NCBI GenBank assembly: GCA_025353625.1
Contig: JANXOJ010000534.1
Span: 1 to 44,561, forward strand
Length of the DNA stretch: 44,561 nucleotides
DNA from: Planctomycetota bacterium
GTDB lineage: Bacteria; Planctomycetota; Planctomycetia; Pirellulales; Thermoguttaceae
Direction: 5' to 3'
Made by a program: the position numbers and the translations under genes. This document shows positions 43,761 to 44,561 of this stretch, piece by piece (positions within the stretch are counted from its first letter, which is position 1; each line of letters begins with the position of its first letter). The notes beneath the pieces were generated by a model, which made no database searches, was not told where the DNA came from, and saw nothing but the letters and a program-made list of their open reading frames with translations.

Positions 43761-44561
43761 CTAGATCGACCGCTTTTCCAGGACCGCTGTGCGAGGCAGC
43801 GATGTTGGCAGCGCGTCGAGTTGCAGATCCCTTCGAATTCCAGCGTCCAAAACGAAGGCGGGCGCAAACCTGCGAAGCAATCGCAGGCGCCACGCGAGCC
43901 ACCCGGCAGTGTACCGGAGCTTCGGACGAGCCGCACTCGCCGCTTTCAGCACGACGTCCGCCACGACTCCTGGCTCGTCGGCAGCGGCCATCACCTTCTT
44001 CAGGGTCTCGCTCAAGGCAGTACGAACCTCGCGATACTCATCGAGCTTGGAGTCGGGCTCCAGGAAGTTCGCGTCGAACTGCGTCTTCGTATAGGCTGGC
44101 TCGATAACTGAAACCCGGATGCCTCGCGTGCGCAGCTCGTGGTCGAGCGATTCCGAATAGCCTTCAACCGCGTGCTTGGTCGCGGCATAGAGCGCCCCGT
44201 ACGGCATCGGCAGGAACCCAAGGACGGAGCCGGTGTTGATGATGCGGCCAGCCCCTTGGCGTCGCATATGGGGCACGACGGCGCGCGTCATCCGGAGGAT
44301 GCCGAAGAAGTTCGTATCGAAAATCGATCGGGCCTGTTCGATCGAGCTTTCTTCCGCTCCGGCAGGTGCGACCCCGAAGCCGGCGTTGTTCACAAGCAGG
44401 TCGATGCGGCCTTCCAGGCGAATAAATTCGCCAACGGCGGCCTCGACGGATTCATCGCTGGTCACGTCGAGGCTCAGCATCTCGAACGCGCGCTTGCCTG
44501 CTTGGCCGCCCCGCCGACTGGTGCCGTAGACCTTGTACCCAGCCTTTGCGAGCCGCTCCGC
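43761..44561 (-). CDS. Short-chain dehydrogenase/reductase (SDR), 5' end outside the window
   Basis: Motifs LVNNAGFG, the catalytic YAATKHAVEGYSESL and IEPAYTKT are present. The reading frame stays open upstream of the listed Met to the window edge (AERLAKAGYKVYGTSRR...), so the N-terminal TGxxxGxG region is missing. Confidence 0.85.
   Translation of the reverse strand, partial: AERLAKAGYKVYGTSRRGGQAGKRAFEMLSLDVTSDESVEAAVGEFIRLEGRIDLLVNNAGFGVAPAGAEESSIEQARSIFDTNFFGILRMTRAVVPHMRRQGAGRIINTGSVLGFLPMPYGALYAATKHAVEGYSESLDHELRTRGIRVSVIEPAYTKTQFDANFLEPDSKLDEYREVRTALSETLKKVMAAADEPGVVADVVLKAASAARPKLRYTAGWLAWRLRLLRRFAPAFVLDAGIRRDLQLDALPTSLPRTAVLEKRSI

Overview
This is a 44.6-kb window. My hand counts of individual 60-nt lines give about 57-62% GC in genes. 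The gene content looks like a Planctomycetota chromosome, which is inference only: a GYF_2-type membrane protein, an Omp85/BamA with a long disordered insert, an RsgA with a K/R-rich N-terminal extension, and many secreted glycoside hydrolases. All domain calls rest on motifs I recognise in the supplied translations; no searches were run.

Bases 1-32,000 are mostly housekeeping: a LysM protein, cmk-plsC-rpsA, rnc, a two-gene glutamine-dependent NAD synthetase, aspS, miaA, a GH2 enzyme, HtrA, thiL, tsaE, a Cys/Pro-rich repeat protein, pgi-pgl, an AAA+ ATPase, BamA, a GyrI-like protein and FHA-rsgA. Bases 34,900-44,561 carry GH59, GH78 and a run of three oxidoreductase genes. The last of these is a four-module fusion (QueG/RDH-like Fe-S, SCP2, FNR-like, 2Fe-2S ferredoxin).

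The most unusual region is the accessory islet at 32.0-34.9 kb:
- Two paralogous ~300-nt elements each have a 12-16 bp long-range helix, with compensatory changes between the copies. They are candidates for a novel structured RNA, though a small-ORF or MITE reading is not excluded.
- These elements bracket an HPr-like gene that lacks both canonical phosphorylation residues.
- They also bracket a lower-GC two-gene cassette encoding a weakly CsrA-like 52-aa protein and a zinc-ribbon two-TM protein.
- The cassette is itself flanked by two near-identical 62-nt hairpins whose + strand loops read CAUGGAUGA.
- The adjacent GH59 gene has a codon usage very different from its neighbours.

No rRNA, tRNA, CRISPR array or transposase was recognised.
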